From the NCBI GenBank assembly GCA_019429005.1, contig JAHYJR010000003.1, positions 1-64,000 of the forward strand: a stretch of 64,000 bases of DNA. The letters are read 5' to 3'. Both the position numbers and the translations under genes were made by a program. Below, piece by piece: positions 19,701-34,700 of the stretch (positions within the stretch are counted from its first letter, which is position 1; each line of letters starts with the position of its first letter). Origin of the DNA: Nanobdellati archaeon. GTDB taxonomy: Archaea; EX4484-52; GLR71. The notes under the pieces are model-generated. The model searched no databases, was not told the DNA's origin, and saw only the letters and a program-made list of their open reading frames with translations.

Positions 19701-22700
19701 TATGCACTACCATCACGATATACTATAATATCCGAATCAAACATTGTACCATTACCAATATTTTCAAGATCAAATGTTATATTAAATAGATATGTATTCA
19801 ATGTTGAAATTTCATTTACATATTCTCTATCAGGTGACTGATATAAAACATAATCTGTAGTTGTTATAATTGTTATGTTTGAAACAAACACATTATCTGC
19901 ATTAGGTCCATATACATCTACCGCATAAACACTAAGATCATATAATCCTTGAACCATATTATTGAACGGGTCAACAGGTAAATAAACTCCGCTATATTGA
20001 CCATCTTTAGTATTACCTGATATAAGAGTCAAATTAACTGTAACAAGATATGCACCTTTAGAAATTGTAGCATACGCATATGACATCATAACATCATCTG
20101 AAATGTTCGCAAGAATTGTAATATTATCCTTATTTACTTCAACTGAAATCTTATCAAGAGACGTACCATAAATAATTGGTGCAACAAGATCCTTTACATC
20201 CGTTGTATCGTTAACACTAATTACTGATGCATTATAATACAATGTTTGATTATCTCCTATTGAACACATCAATGTTGCAACACCAAGTTGTTCAGGTATC
20301 CAAGAGAATGTTGCATTACCATCTAAACCTGTTGTTTTTGAACCTACAATAACATATCCAGGTATTGTTGAATTATAATAATAAACAGATACAGGATAAT
20401 CTTGAACTGACATATTATTCGATGAATCTTTAACACCACATTTCACATTATTGACAACACCATAAACCATAGTGCTTGATATATTGAACACAGGTTCTGA
20501 TGTACCTATTACGACCATATCTGTCTGAAGTACATTTGAAAATCCATATAAATCTTTTGTCGCATTAAAATATATTGTATAATTACCAACTTCAGCATTA
20601 TCATCAATATTCCATAAGACATCACAATATGTCATTGAACCAGTTGAACAATTATCTATAAAATGTAAAGCAGACGTTGTCAAATTTTCATAATAAAATG
20701 CAACTACAGAATCTGTACCAATATCCCCAGTTTCTGTAGTAATATTCGCTGTGAAATTTACAGTATAAGGTGTAGCAAATGCATCATCACGATATATCAT
20801 ATCAGACTGTTTTGATAGATTGATATATACCTTACCTAAAACCCTTATCAATTTAAAATTTTCTTTTAGACTTGCAAAATAATATTGAGTCATATTATCT
20901 GTAATATTACACATGAATGTATGATTTCCAGCAGTCTCATTTGTTGCATTCCAAACAACATTTGCATAACCTAATGCATCTGTATAATTCATACCAACAT
21001 CAATTGATTCATAATTACCTGTGTCATTTTTCACAAAGAACATAACAGAATAATTAGCAAGCACTCTTGAATCATTTGCATCTGAGACTTTACAGGTAAC
21101 ATCAATTAAACCTCTTTGAATATCTACTGATGGTGAAACAACCTCAACTTTTGACCATCCATATAATGTAATATTTGTTGAATTTGTATCCTCAACATTA
21201 TAAGGTGCAACAACTTCAGCTGTAAGTGTATAATTGCCAGGCAACTCATTATCAGCAACATACCATAAATCATTCATATTTACAGTTGATAAGATTGTTT
21301 TTTCAATAACACCATTTGAAATATTCCAAGTTACAACAGGTGAAATTACAGAACCACAAGTATTATTGAACGTTGAATTAAGTGCCTGATTAAGACTCTT
21401 ATATATATTATAATCTGTAGCATTTGGATAATCAATAATAATAGATAACACATCAACAATATCAACATTATATGATGTAATATTTAATGGAATCTTTGGC
21501 GAATAAAACATATCTGAATTTGAAGTTATTGAAACATTCACAATATATGCACCAACTGAATCAGTACAATCTGTAGACCATGTAATATTACAGATTCCAG
21601 TTCCATTTGTTTTAGTGACTGTAACAGACTCACCGGGTATTTCCCAAATACAATTATAATCAGGTATTACAGAACTATTATGATAATCATAAACTTTAGC
21701 TGTAAATGTTATGTTATCCATTCTTGTTACATTAGTTGCATTAGATACAGTCTCAATTGCAGAATGTCCCCAAACATAAACTGAAACATTGTTAGATATA
21801 AATGGTGTCTCAATATTAATATTATCATAATAATCCTCAGTTGCGCTTACATTAATTATGTATGCTCCATGACTTTTTCCAACTGGAACTGTCCACCATG
21901 TATCAGCAGTATTTGTAAATAGACTTTCTTGACTACCTGTACCATTTAATTCAAATGTCCAATTAACGCCGGCAATATTTATCTCAGCCAAATTTTCATC
22001 AGTAACAGACGAATTCAAATAAACTAATTCATTCTTAAATATTATCAGACCATCTGCAATTCCAATTATATTAATCCCATATCGTCCATAAACATCAACA
22101 GATTCAGATGTTTCTCCTGCCATAAATATTGGCGTTCCTTCATATAACGCTAAATATTTCAATGTATATGTCCCAACTTCAGCAATATCCGTTATATTCC
22201 ACAAAACACCGCATGTACCATTTTCATTCGTTATACAACTATCAATTGTATGATTTTGTAAATCAGTAAGGTTAAAATAATAATATGTAACATTAGTATT
22301 ATTTAATGCAGTCGCATTATCATCAAAGACGGTAATATTTACAAAAGATTCAAACGGTGAATACAAATCATTTCTATAAATCTTTTTAGGATCTGAATCA
22401 AACTCAACTGTTACAAACTTTATTTCAGAATCAAAACTATTTTGATTTGGAAGTGCATGATAATAAAGAGTTGCATTATCTGTTATGTTACAAGTATAAT
22501 TGAATCGTGTTCCTTCAATTGCTGATGAATTCCATGAGGTATATGCAATACCGCTAGCATCTGTTACATTAGATGGCACTGTATCATTTGTAATATAAAA
22601 CTTAACAGGATAATCTTTAACTAAAATTGCAGGTGTCGGATTATCTAAAACATTACATTTGAAATCAATCATGCCTTTACTATAATATCCACTCTTTGGC

Positions 22701-25700
22701 TCAGAATTAGAATAACCTACTTCAACCCAACTATATACAGTCTTATTAGTTGAAACATAAGATGTGAAAAAACCATCAGATGCTAAACTAATATTTAGAC
22801 TCACATTTCCAACAATACTGATACTTCCAACAGGCCATGACAATGTAACTGTATCTCCACTTGTCACAGTAGAACTTTTAGGCGAACCATCAACATAAAG
22901 ATAATCATTTGTAACAATGCTTTCATCTAAAAGATTATTACAAGAATCTCTTAATACTACTGAAATTATTACAAGATCTTTCTTATGCACTTCAGGCCTT
23001 TCGATAATATCGGGATAACCATAAGGAGGATTTACAGAACCACTAGTTCTAGATGACCCTAGTATATCAAATGTAGATATTGTACCATTTATTATTGAAG
23101 TTATACCAGATATGATTAAATCTGAATCAACAGTAGGTTCTGGCGTATAAAATTTGCCAGCATCTTCAAATATTTCAACACCAATTGTATGATTTCCAAC
23201 AGTATCAACATCATCACCAGCACCTGGAACTGTATTACAATCAGTATACCACGTTACATTACAATAACCTGATGCATTCGTCTTATGGACTTCAGTCCGT
23301 CCATCAAGAGTCCATGAACAATTATAACCTTCAAGTCCTTCAGAATAATTATGGAAATTATATACTCTTGCGATAAATGTTAAATTATCAAGCTGATTAT
23401 ACGTCGAATAATTAACAGGCGCAATATATTCAATACCAGCTCGACCCCAAACAGAAACATTAAACATTGACCATGTGATAGAATTATTATCATCAGTATC
23501 ATCATAATACTGTTTTTGGGCTGTCAGATTAAGATAATATTCTCCAAGAGCCTGTGTCATATTAATTATTTGACTATCTAATACAATCGAAGTATTAAGG
23601 AACTCTATAACCTGTGACATAGATGTTCTATTTATAAGATTCCAAAAAATCCAATCTGGAGATGATTGAACAACAGCAAGACCATTTTCATCAATAATTG
23701 TTGCATTTAAAGGATATATAATATCCCTATAAAGCCTTTGATCAAATACAGGTGTAATTATACTAGCATTAAATTTAGCCTTAACTTGTACAACAAAATT
23801 ACCTATCACAGCCGGTTTAAAATATGCAGCTGTAGTATTATAATATATCTGATAATCACCTGGTTCAGCATTATACGAGATATTCCAAGTGATATTGCAA
23901 TATCCTGGAACAGCTACAGTTGTATTGCATAAACCTATTGTGATATTTTGTAATGATGTCAGATTAGTATAATAAAACGCAACAGTTGAATTCACAACAA
24001 GATTAGTATTCTCATCTGTAACTGTCACATTTAACATTGTCTTAAATGGAATAAATGAATCATTTCTATATATCATAGCTTCTTGACTTTCAGCTACAGA
24101 ATATAATTGTCCTCTAAGATCTATTCCTTGTGTAGCTTCTGCTCTAGGTGCCCATGATGTGAAATTTAAAGTTGAATTACTTGTAATATTACATTTGACT
24201 ATATGCTCACCAACCTGAACCTGACTTGCATTCCAATAATAAACCGCAAGACCAGAACCATTAGTAAGATTCACATTAGATACACTCAGATTTGTATAAT
24301 CATAAAACCCTGGAAGAGAATCCCAGAAATATACAGGATACTCTGAAATAGATTCATTAGTATGATTATCTGTCACATTACAATATATTGGTATTGTATT
24401 ATTCCTATCAAAAAGCATATCAACAATTGGAGATGTCAAATTGATAACAGACCAACCCCAAATTGGCATGTTATAAATCTCATATGAATGCGTATCATAA
24501 TATGGATGCATTGCAGTTGCATTTAAGGTGAAATTACCTATTGGATATGTTCCATTTATGTACCATAAATCTGTACCATTACCATTCTCAACTGAAAGGT
24601 CTGTCCAACCATTCCTATAAACGGTCCAATTAACAACAGGATCTGTAGACCTGTATGAATTTGAATAGACAAGAGTGTCACAAGAATCTGTTATGTTAAG
24701 ATCCATTAATACAGTTGTATCTTTATTAAGCTCATATATAGACGCGTTCGGACTTAATATTGTAACATTAAGAGTATCTCGCAATATCAGATTAGTCTGT
24801 TTTGAATACTCACTTACTTCAGGAGTATAATATTTTGGTGCATCTTCATAGATTGTTACATTTATGATATGGTTTCCAACCCAGTTATCACCAGTAGCCC
24901 AATTACTACAATTTGTAATCCAAGTGAAATTACAATAACCACTTGAATTTGTAACAGTGACAACCTCAACACCATCATCAGTACGCCATGTACAATTATA
25001 ATCTGACAATCCATCGTCTGAAACGCTATTATAATTATAGACTTTAGCGATATATATTATATCTGAATCACCACGATATTTTGATGTGTAACTATTGATT
25101 ATATTGACAGCCGCCCTACCCCAAACTTCAACAGTCATATTAATTGAAGAAACACTTTCATTTGTAATTATATCATCATAATAGATTTTTTCAACAGTAG
25201 CATTAAGCCAATATTGACCAAGATCTTGAGTCTTACTCAATGAATCATCAATAGAAATATCAGTTGTATTTGATATTGAAGTCACATCAGATAAATCTGT
25301 AAAATTTAATATTGTCCAATTAATACTTGTCGCATTCATAAACCCAACAGAGTTTTCATCTAAAATATCAATTGTGAAATTATGTGTTTCATTCCGATAT
25401 AGGCGCATACCATAATAATTATCTGTACTGCCATTTGGATACGCAATCACAATAATATCAGTCTTAGCTTTAACAATGATACTTTCAAACACATCACTTT
25501 GTGACGTATAATCAAGATTTTCTGCAGACGCGATTATAGTATAATTTTCAGGTGATTCTAGATCATTTATATTAAATAATATCTCACAAAGACCACTTGA
25601 AATGTCTGTAGTGTTACATACACCAATTGACTTTTCCATAGGCGACCAAGATGGTAATGTATAATTAAGTGTGACTGTCGCATTTGAGATTGTCATATTA

Positions 25701-28700
25701 AGCTCATCAGTGATGTTGAATGTAATATTTGTAGTGAATGGCGAAAAAGAATCATTCCTATATATCACAGGATATTCTATATCGGTTATATTGATGTAAA
25801 GTTTACCTTTAAGATCCAATGTGATATTATTGCTTGTATTGATTGGTGCTGTATAATATAATGTGTAATTATCAGCGATACGACAAGCAACATAATGCGA
25901 TCCTGCATTATACAAACTTGTATCCCAACTAAATATTGCATCACCAGTCAGATTTGTCACATTTGTACCGATAATGCTATATGTTGATGAATATTTATCC
26001 ATATTAAGGAACTCAACCGGATATGATTCAATATTTTGACTTGTATTGAGATCAAGAACATTACAGCTCATAAGTATTGTAGTATTCCTCACATAACTTG
26101 CAGACTGTGGAAGGTTAAGTGTAACATTAGCCCAACCAAATACAGCAATAATTTTAGATGACATTGTTGAATTATAAAGATCTTTTGATGAAGTCACATT
26201 CATTGTGTAGTTACCAAGATTATGATTATAAGTAACATTCCAGGTATCATTCTGCAAAGATCCAACAGATTCATACCAAATTGATGTTGTCTGATTGTAT
26301 ATATCCCAATTGACAACAGATGCCGAAACAGTATTACCACACTCATCCCTTACTTCAGATATAAGAGATGTACTATCATTTCGCTGTATAAGATAATATG
26401 ATGGTTCAACAATTGTCACATCAAGAGCACCGGTTAAATTAGTATAAGTCTCATCATTATTATCATTAGGAGCATTAGGCTCATAATTTAACATGCTTGT
26501 TGATGAAATATTTACTTTTGTAGTATGCTGACCGATAGATTGATTATCACCTTCATCCGCACCAGCACCAGGATTTGAACAGCCTGTTAACCAAGTCACA
26601 TTACAATAACCAGACGCATTTGTAGGTGTCAATTTCTGTTGACCATCATAATCCCAAGTACAATTATAACCTAATATTAAAAGAGATGCATTAAATTTAT
26701 CAGACACTTTCGCAATATAAGTTATGTTTTCACCCCTCTCTCTAGAATCATATTCTTGCACAATATCAACAACAGATTTTGCCCATACATCAACTGTCAC
26801 ATTTGCATCTAAAACAGATGCATTACTTCCCATAAATTCATAATATTGTTTCCAAACTGTAAGGTTCACAACATTATCATACAAAGAATGATACGGAACA
26901 ACAACAGATATATTCTGTGATAACGTATCAATAAGAGGTGTTATAAGACCTAATGACACATTTACAATACTCCAATTATTTTGTGTATCATAAACGAAAT
27001 TACCATTTTCATCTGTAACTGTCACATTAAACCAAGTCAAGTCAAGTGGATATTGCCTAAATACAACCTCATTTGGATATGGACTTGTTATATTAATTTG
27101 GATTTTTCCTTTTACTAAAACATTTGTGAAATACTCACTTGAATTCTCATAAGTTGTAAGTGTGTGAGTCGCTTTATATCGAATATTATAATTATTTGGA
27201 ACAATTGTTGCAACCGGATTCCAAACAACCGGATTTGTACAATAACCAGTAATGTTTGTAATACAAGTACCAATAAGCTGGAAAACATCATTTGTATCAT
27301 TATACCAATATTCTATTGTTGCACCATCTACAGAAGATCCAACATCAATCACTTTTGATATGAACTTTGTGCTATATGGACCAGATGCAGGTAATGTATC
27401 ATTCCTATATATCATAGTTTCAGTAACATTCTGAAGATCAACTTCCATTGACGCCGTCATATTAAGCTGAACACTTGAAACCACACGAGATGCCGTATAG
27501 TTCAAAGTTGAATTATCTGTAATATTACAATAAATTGTATATAGACCACCTTTGATATTAAGTGTATCCCATGTAAAATTAAAATAACCATCTGAATCTG
27601 TAACACTATAATTAATAAAACCAGATTCATTTATTGTCGCTGTTATAAGAGAATATGTTATATTTACAGGATATCCTTCAAGATCTAAAAGTGCAGGATT
27701 TGTAACATTTGCATCATTAACATAACAGCTTATATTCAATTCACTACGTTCATATGTTTTTGAAACATTTAAAACAGGCTCTACAATTGTAACATCGGAA
27801 TAACCCCAAACACTAATTTCAAGATCATCATAATCTGAAACATAATATTGCTGTGTACCATTAGCTCTTAATGTATAATTCTTTATCTCAAAGAAATCCG
27901 GATTAATGTTCCAAACATCACTAAGTCCATCACCAGATATATTAAGAGTGCCAACCGATGGCTCCGGAACCAAAGACCAATTCACAACAGACGGTGATGC
28001 AATAAGAAGATCGTCACCACATTGATCCTCAACACTTACAAAAAGATTCACAGTATCATCACGATGTACAATTCTTGTAACACTAGCATCTACATAAGGT
28101 CCATCAGATGCTTTGAAAAATACATTAAGACTTCCATTAAGTGTTGTAACTATTTGAGACGTTTCATAACCAGACCTTGGTGTATAAAACAAAGATGGTG
28201 TCTCATAAATTTTTACAATTACATCATTTGGACCAATATTATTATAATCATTATTTGTACAATCTGTATCCCATGTATAATAACAGAAACTGGAACCCAT
28301 TGTTTCATTTATAAGAATTGGGGTCACTGATTCAGTTATATTAAATTCACAATCAAAACCACTTATAAACTTAGTATTATTGTAATAGTTATACACTTGT
28401 ACACCATACAAAATCGAACTACTATCTAAAGGATAAATTGAATTGTTTTGACCAGGATAAAATTCAACTACAGAATAACCCCAAACTTCTACAGGTATCT
28501 CCTTTGAAACAAGATAATCATCATTATCAATACTTGGACTACCCAAAGAATCATAATATTCTTTAAGCATATCAACTTTGAATATAGACTCACCCAATGT
28601 CTGATTATAAGGAACTGTCACATTGGTTGCATCATAAGTATTTCCATTCTCAAGAAGCGTTGAATTTACATACCATTTAGTATCATTAAGAACATATAAC

Positions 28701-31700
28701 ACATCACCATTTTCAGATAAAATTGACGTGTTAAACATATAACTATCATTTTGATATAATCTTAAATTTATAGATGGTTGGGTTATTGTGAAATTAAACC
28801 TACCTCGTGTTTCAACTTTCTCATATTTTGTATCATAATCAAACAATGGTTTTGTTACAATAACTATTACAGAATAATTAAATGGTTCAATAGTATCTGA
28901 CGGATTCCATATAACAGAAACTGGACACACACCAGATTCATTTGTGATACATGAATCAATATATATCTGTGAATTTGAACTTGTGTTATAATAATATGTC
29001 ACATTTGTACCGTTAATTGGCCAATCTTCATCTGTAACATTAGCAAAAAGTACCGTCTGACTTGGTGTAAATGTATCATTTCGATAGATCTTATTATCTG
29101 AAATATTATAACTTACATTAAGCACACCAAGTATTACTATATCCTGAATCATTTCAAAATCAATTGTTGTATTATAATAGACATCAGTATAATCTGAAAT
29201 ATTACACTTTATTGTGTATATACCACCTGGTACATACCTAGCATCAAATACCGCAGATGTTACACCGCTAAGAGATGTATTGTCGGAGGCGATAAAATAA
29301 TCGGTATAATTGAAAGTGTACCAGAACTCAACTGGATATGTAACATTTACAGGATCTGTCATATTAGCATCTTTAACATCACAAGTTATGTTGATTAAAG
29401 ATTTCTCAAACTGCTGCGGATTTTCTAGAGGGTATTTAGGATTTGTAATGTTTGACAGATTTACAAAAGACCAACCCCAAACCTCAACAGGTTTAAAATC
29501 ATACGACATATTATAATTGACAAGCTGTGTTGTCACATTCAAATCAAACTGCCCTAATTTATGGTCATTTGGTATCAAATAGGTTCCATTTTCAGAATTA
29601 TTAATAACACTATCAAAACCAGTCCGCTCAAGATTCCACTGAACTTGAGATCCTACCACAGTATCCATACATTCATCAACAATAATTGTTTCAAGGAACA
29701 TTGTTTCAGTCTTAAAGAACGCTGTCATATTTGGCTGGACAATCGTTATGTTAAGAGGTGCTGTCAAATTAAGGTTAGTATTATTTGTACTATTACCTAA
29801 ATCCGTAGTATAATACATATATGTCTCATTTGGTATCACAATAGATGCAATATGATTTCCAATAGTATCTGAATCACTTGATATGTCAACAACAGGACAC
29901 ATAGTATTCCATGTGATGTTACAGAAACCACTTTCATTTGTAAATGTTATATTATTCATACCATTAAATGTCCAGTTACATGTGTAATTGTATATACCAG
30001 TAATATTATCTGCATCATAAACTCTTGCAATATATGTTATGTTTAAACCTCTTGCAAACTTTTCTGTAGGAAGAGGTGCAATAAATTCAACTGCAGATTT
30101 ACCCCAAATACCAATTGAGACAGAATCATGGATATTCTCATGTGTTGGATTAGAAGTTATATCAAAATAATATGAATCCTTAAATGCATAGACTTCAACA
30201 TCCTGTAAATTGGTTAAATTATTCCAGACATTCCAAGTTGTATTTTGACTGTTACCAATGACATTTGCCATATCACCATTAAGATACCATAATATACTTG
30301 TGACAAACGATTCATCAACAACAGTCCCATTATCAAGGACCATTGTCATATTAAGTGACACAGGGTCACCTTTATAATAAGAACTAGCAGGTAATGGACT
30401 TATGATTGTCGCATTTATTTTACCTAAAACTCTTGATGTGACATTTTTAGTGATGGAATTATAATAATTCACACCCCTTGTCGCATTATAATATAATGTA
30501 TATGAACTCGGATTAATTGTATTATCCGGATCCCATCCAAATATAACTTTTCCGTCAACAGCAGTCAAACCAGATTGGACAACACCAGGAGCCCCAGGAG
30601 TATACAACCATATTGTTGCATCTTTTATTGGCATTTGATTCTCATCGCTCACATTACATGAATACGAGATACTGTCACCCATCCGATAAACCCAATCTTT
30701 ACTTACCGTCTGATTAACACAATCAACAAAAAGAAAACCTTTTAGATTTATAGTTGTTTCTGCTTCAGTTTTAAATGCTGTATAATTAATAAGAGGATAA
30801 TCTGAGATGTTACATGTTACAATATGATCTCCTGTTGGAATCGTACTTATATTCCATTCATAATATGCAATACCAACTGATGTCTGTGTAGTATTGATAA
30901 GAGTCACAAATGTTCCAGATACATTCGTAAAATTATCCCAGAATTTAACCTGATAACCATTCAAAAGTGCATTAGTATCACGATCTGTGACATTACAAGT
31001 TAAATTTACAATAGAACTCCGATCATATTTTGTTATGTTACCTTCAAAAGGATTTATAAAAGATACATCTGAACGACCAAATATTTGCACATCACCAATA
31101 GAAGTAAAATTATTACCATAATAACTATGTGACACATTTGCAAAAAGTGTAAAATTGCCTAAATCATGACTCTGTTTTATATACCATGAATCAGTACCAT
31201 TACCAGTATCATTCACAACCTCAAAAAAGGACGGTCTCTCTAAAGTCCAATTAATAGCAACATCACCTAAATGTGTATTATCTGGTATATAATAACCACA
31301 TTCATCTGTTATATTTGCTATAAGACTTACTGTATCATTCTTATGTAACGGATACATAGACGAATTAGGTATAAGTATATCTATTTTTGATATATTTCCT
31401 CTTAAATCATTTGTAAAAGATCTATAATTTGCAGTCACGGTATCAACCGCATAAAATAATGTAGCATTATCATATATTGTTGCATTTAAATCATGTCCAC
31501 CAACCCAAGTAGAACAATCTGTAGTCCAATTATAATAACAGATACCATTATTTACAGACACTGAAGATGTTCCACCAACATCATCACGAGCCCAGATACA
31601 GTTATAATCAACATCAATTTGTGGCGAATCATATTTGTTATGTACCCTTACAGCAAATTGAACAACATCACCACGTTCATCTGTAGTTGAAACAGATGAA

Positions 31701-34700
31701 TTATATTCAATAAGTAAACGGCCCCAAACTTCAATTGAATTATTATATATTGTAACAGAATCATTTGTATCTATACTATCATAAAATTCTTTTTCAACAC
31801 GTATCTTTAATATATGATTACCAAGAACGTGATATGGCATAGTTAAACTTGAATTCAAAAAGGTTGTATTTGTAATATGAGTTTCACTTAAGTCAGTTCC
31901 ATTAACAATTAACCATTCAGTATTATCTGTCAAATTTATATATTCGCCATTTTCCGTGATAAATGTCATATTAAGATCTGATGTTTCGTTACGGAATATT
32001 CTGTATGTTGGATATGTGATATTCAATTTAATCTTTCCACGAACTTCAATAGTATTATTTTTCTGGACTGGTTGATATTGTGGTAAATTTGTTGCATTAT
32101 AAGATATTATATAATCTGACGGTGATATGTCGTCTGGAACATCCATAATAACCGCACAATTACCCGTCTCATTTGACAAACAATTATCTATAAAGATATT
32201 ATCAGTACCATTATAATATGAAAAACTTACAAACGAATTATTCAAAAATAAACCAAGCTCATCTATAACAACCACATAAAGTTCTGTAAAATTAGGATAA
32301 AAAGAATCATTTCTATATATATGACTTTCAGATTTAAAGAGCGTTATAAACGTATAACCTCTTAAATCTAGCATTGCTTTATTAGATTCTACTTGATATG
32401 CTGTATAATATTGTGTTGAATTATCTGTTATGTTACATGTCACATTATGTGGTGATGCTGAAGATTCACTTGCATTCCATAAAAATGTTGCATAACCAGA
32501 ACTATTTGTAAAGTTAGTTCCAATTGTAGACGTATCTGTACCATTATTATCAATAAATGTCACAAAATAATTTTCTAATCCTGATGAATTACTCACATCA
32601 TCTACATAACATATTAAATTAATTGTATCATTCCTAAAATAAATTTCACTAAGTGGAGATATGAAAGTTATATTCGACCAGCCCCATATTGAAACATCAA
32701 CAGATGTCCAATTAGTGGTATAATATGTCCGCCCTGAAGTCACATGGATTGTAAAGTTACCAAGAGCATGACTTATATCAATATATTTTGTAGTATTATA
32801 CTCTCCAGATACACCAACACTTGAATAATTCCACCACTCTACATATGTGCTACCATCCCATAATGTTACATTAACACCAACATCATCTATCTGGCGTCCA
32901 CATTCAAATACCTGTACAGATACTGGAACAATTGTATCTTTCTGTAAAGGCATATCAATCATTGCATTTGGAGATATAATGTATGAATCAATATCACCTC
33001 GTACTTCTAAACTAGTATTACTTGTATTCAAAGAAATGTCCTGTAATGGATTATAAAATAATGATAATTCTTCACCAATCAAAACTGTTACATTTTGTAT
33101 TGTCGCATTATCAGCACAATCTGTAGACCATGTATAATGACAATAACCAGTTGCATTTGTCTTATTGACAAACACATCTCCCTCACTTGTCTGCCATGTA
33201 CAATTATAATCAGCAATTCCTGTGTCATTATAATAATCATAAACAAATGCAGTAAATAAAGCATCAGTACCACGAATAACAAGAGTAGGTGCAACAGTTA
33301 TATTTACAACAGAACGTCCAAATATAACAACAGATTTATTTTTTGATGCAGTATCTAGATATGTTGGCATCTCATCATAATACTCTTTTGTAGTATTAAC
33401 ATAGATATAATGATTACCTAATGAATGATTAGACACATCAAAAAGTTTCAGACTGGTATCATTTACAATAACTGAAATATTAGTATATTCCGATGTTGCA
33501 TTATTAAATATCCACCAATTCATATAAAGTGGACTTTCAGATGCTGAAAATTGTGTTCCATTCTCAAAAGACAAAATGGAACGGAAATAATGTGTTTCAT
33601 CCTTATATACCCTATTATTGTATTTCTCAGTACCTGAATAATCATCTAATGGATAAAATATATTATCAATATGATACATACCCCTAATCTGTACTGTAGT
33701 ATTTTCAATTAAAGAATTATTGAAAAAAGGATGACTTCCATTATAGAATATATAATAATCATCAGGAGTCATAGTATCAGATGCATTCCAAATAATATTA
33801 CATTTACCTGTAGCATCTGTTGTACAATTCGCAAAATAAATCATTGAAAGACTATCATTATCATCAGAATATTGGAAACTTATATTTGCACTCATTATAT
33901 TTGCATCATTCTCATCAAAAGCTCTTACAGTAATATTTGCAAAATACGGATTAAATGTGTCATTCCTATAAAATACAGAATTAATCAAAGACGTAATATT
34001 TATATAAAGGTCTCCAATAAGCGTTATATCTACTACAGATTCATTCATCTCAGTCTCATTATAAAAAAGAGTCGCATTATCTGTAATATTACATTTTAAT
34101 CTGTGGTCACCAACTATAGACATAGAAGTATTCCATATATATATCGCATTCCCGTAAGCATCAGTTAAATTAGAGTAAATTGTATCAATAGGCGCATAAG
34201 TTAGACCATTATCAATTGAATCCCAGAAATATACTGGATAATTTGTAATATTTTCAGAAGAATGATTATCCTTAACATTACAGCTTATATTCAATTCTGT
34301 CCTTTGATATGAATCAGATAAAGGTAAAACTAAATTAATTTTAGACCATCCATATATTAACACGTTTTGAGTGTCATTACCTGATACATAATAAGTCTTA
34401 TTTACTGTTGCATTGACATTGAACAAACCAATCTTATGATAACTTGGACTTGAAAGATCCCAATATGTAAGAGTCGTTCCTGCACCATCAATAATTTCAA
34501 CATTACTTGTAATATTTGTACTTGTCCAATTGACTGTAGTCCCTAAAATAATCTGACTGCATTCATCACGAACAGTCGAATTTAACGTAACATAATCATA
34601 TCTATATACAATTTCTTTTGGTACTCCTGATACTTCCGGCTTATCCATTGTAATATTTAATGTACCATTAAGTGCAACTGTAGTATTATCAGATTCATAA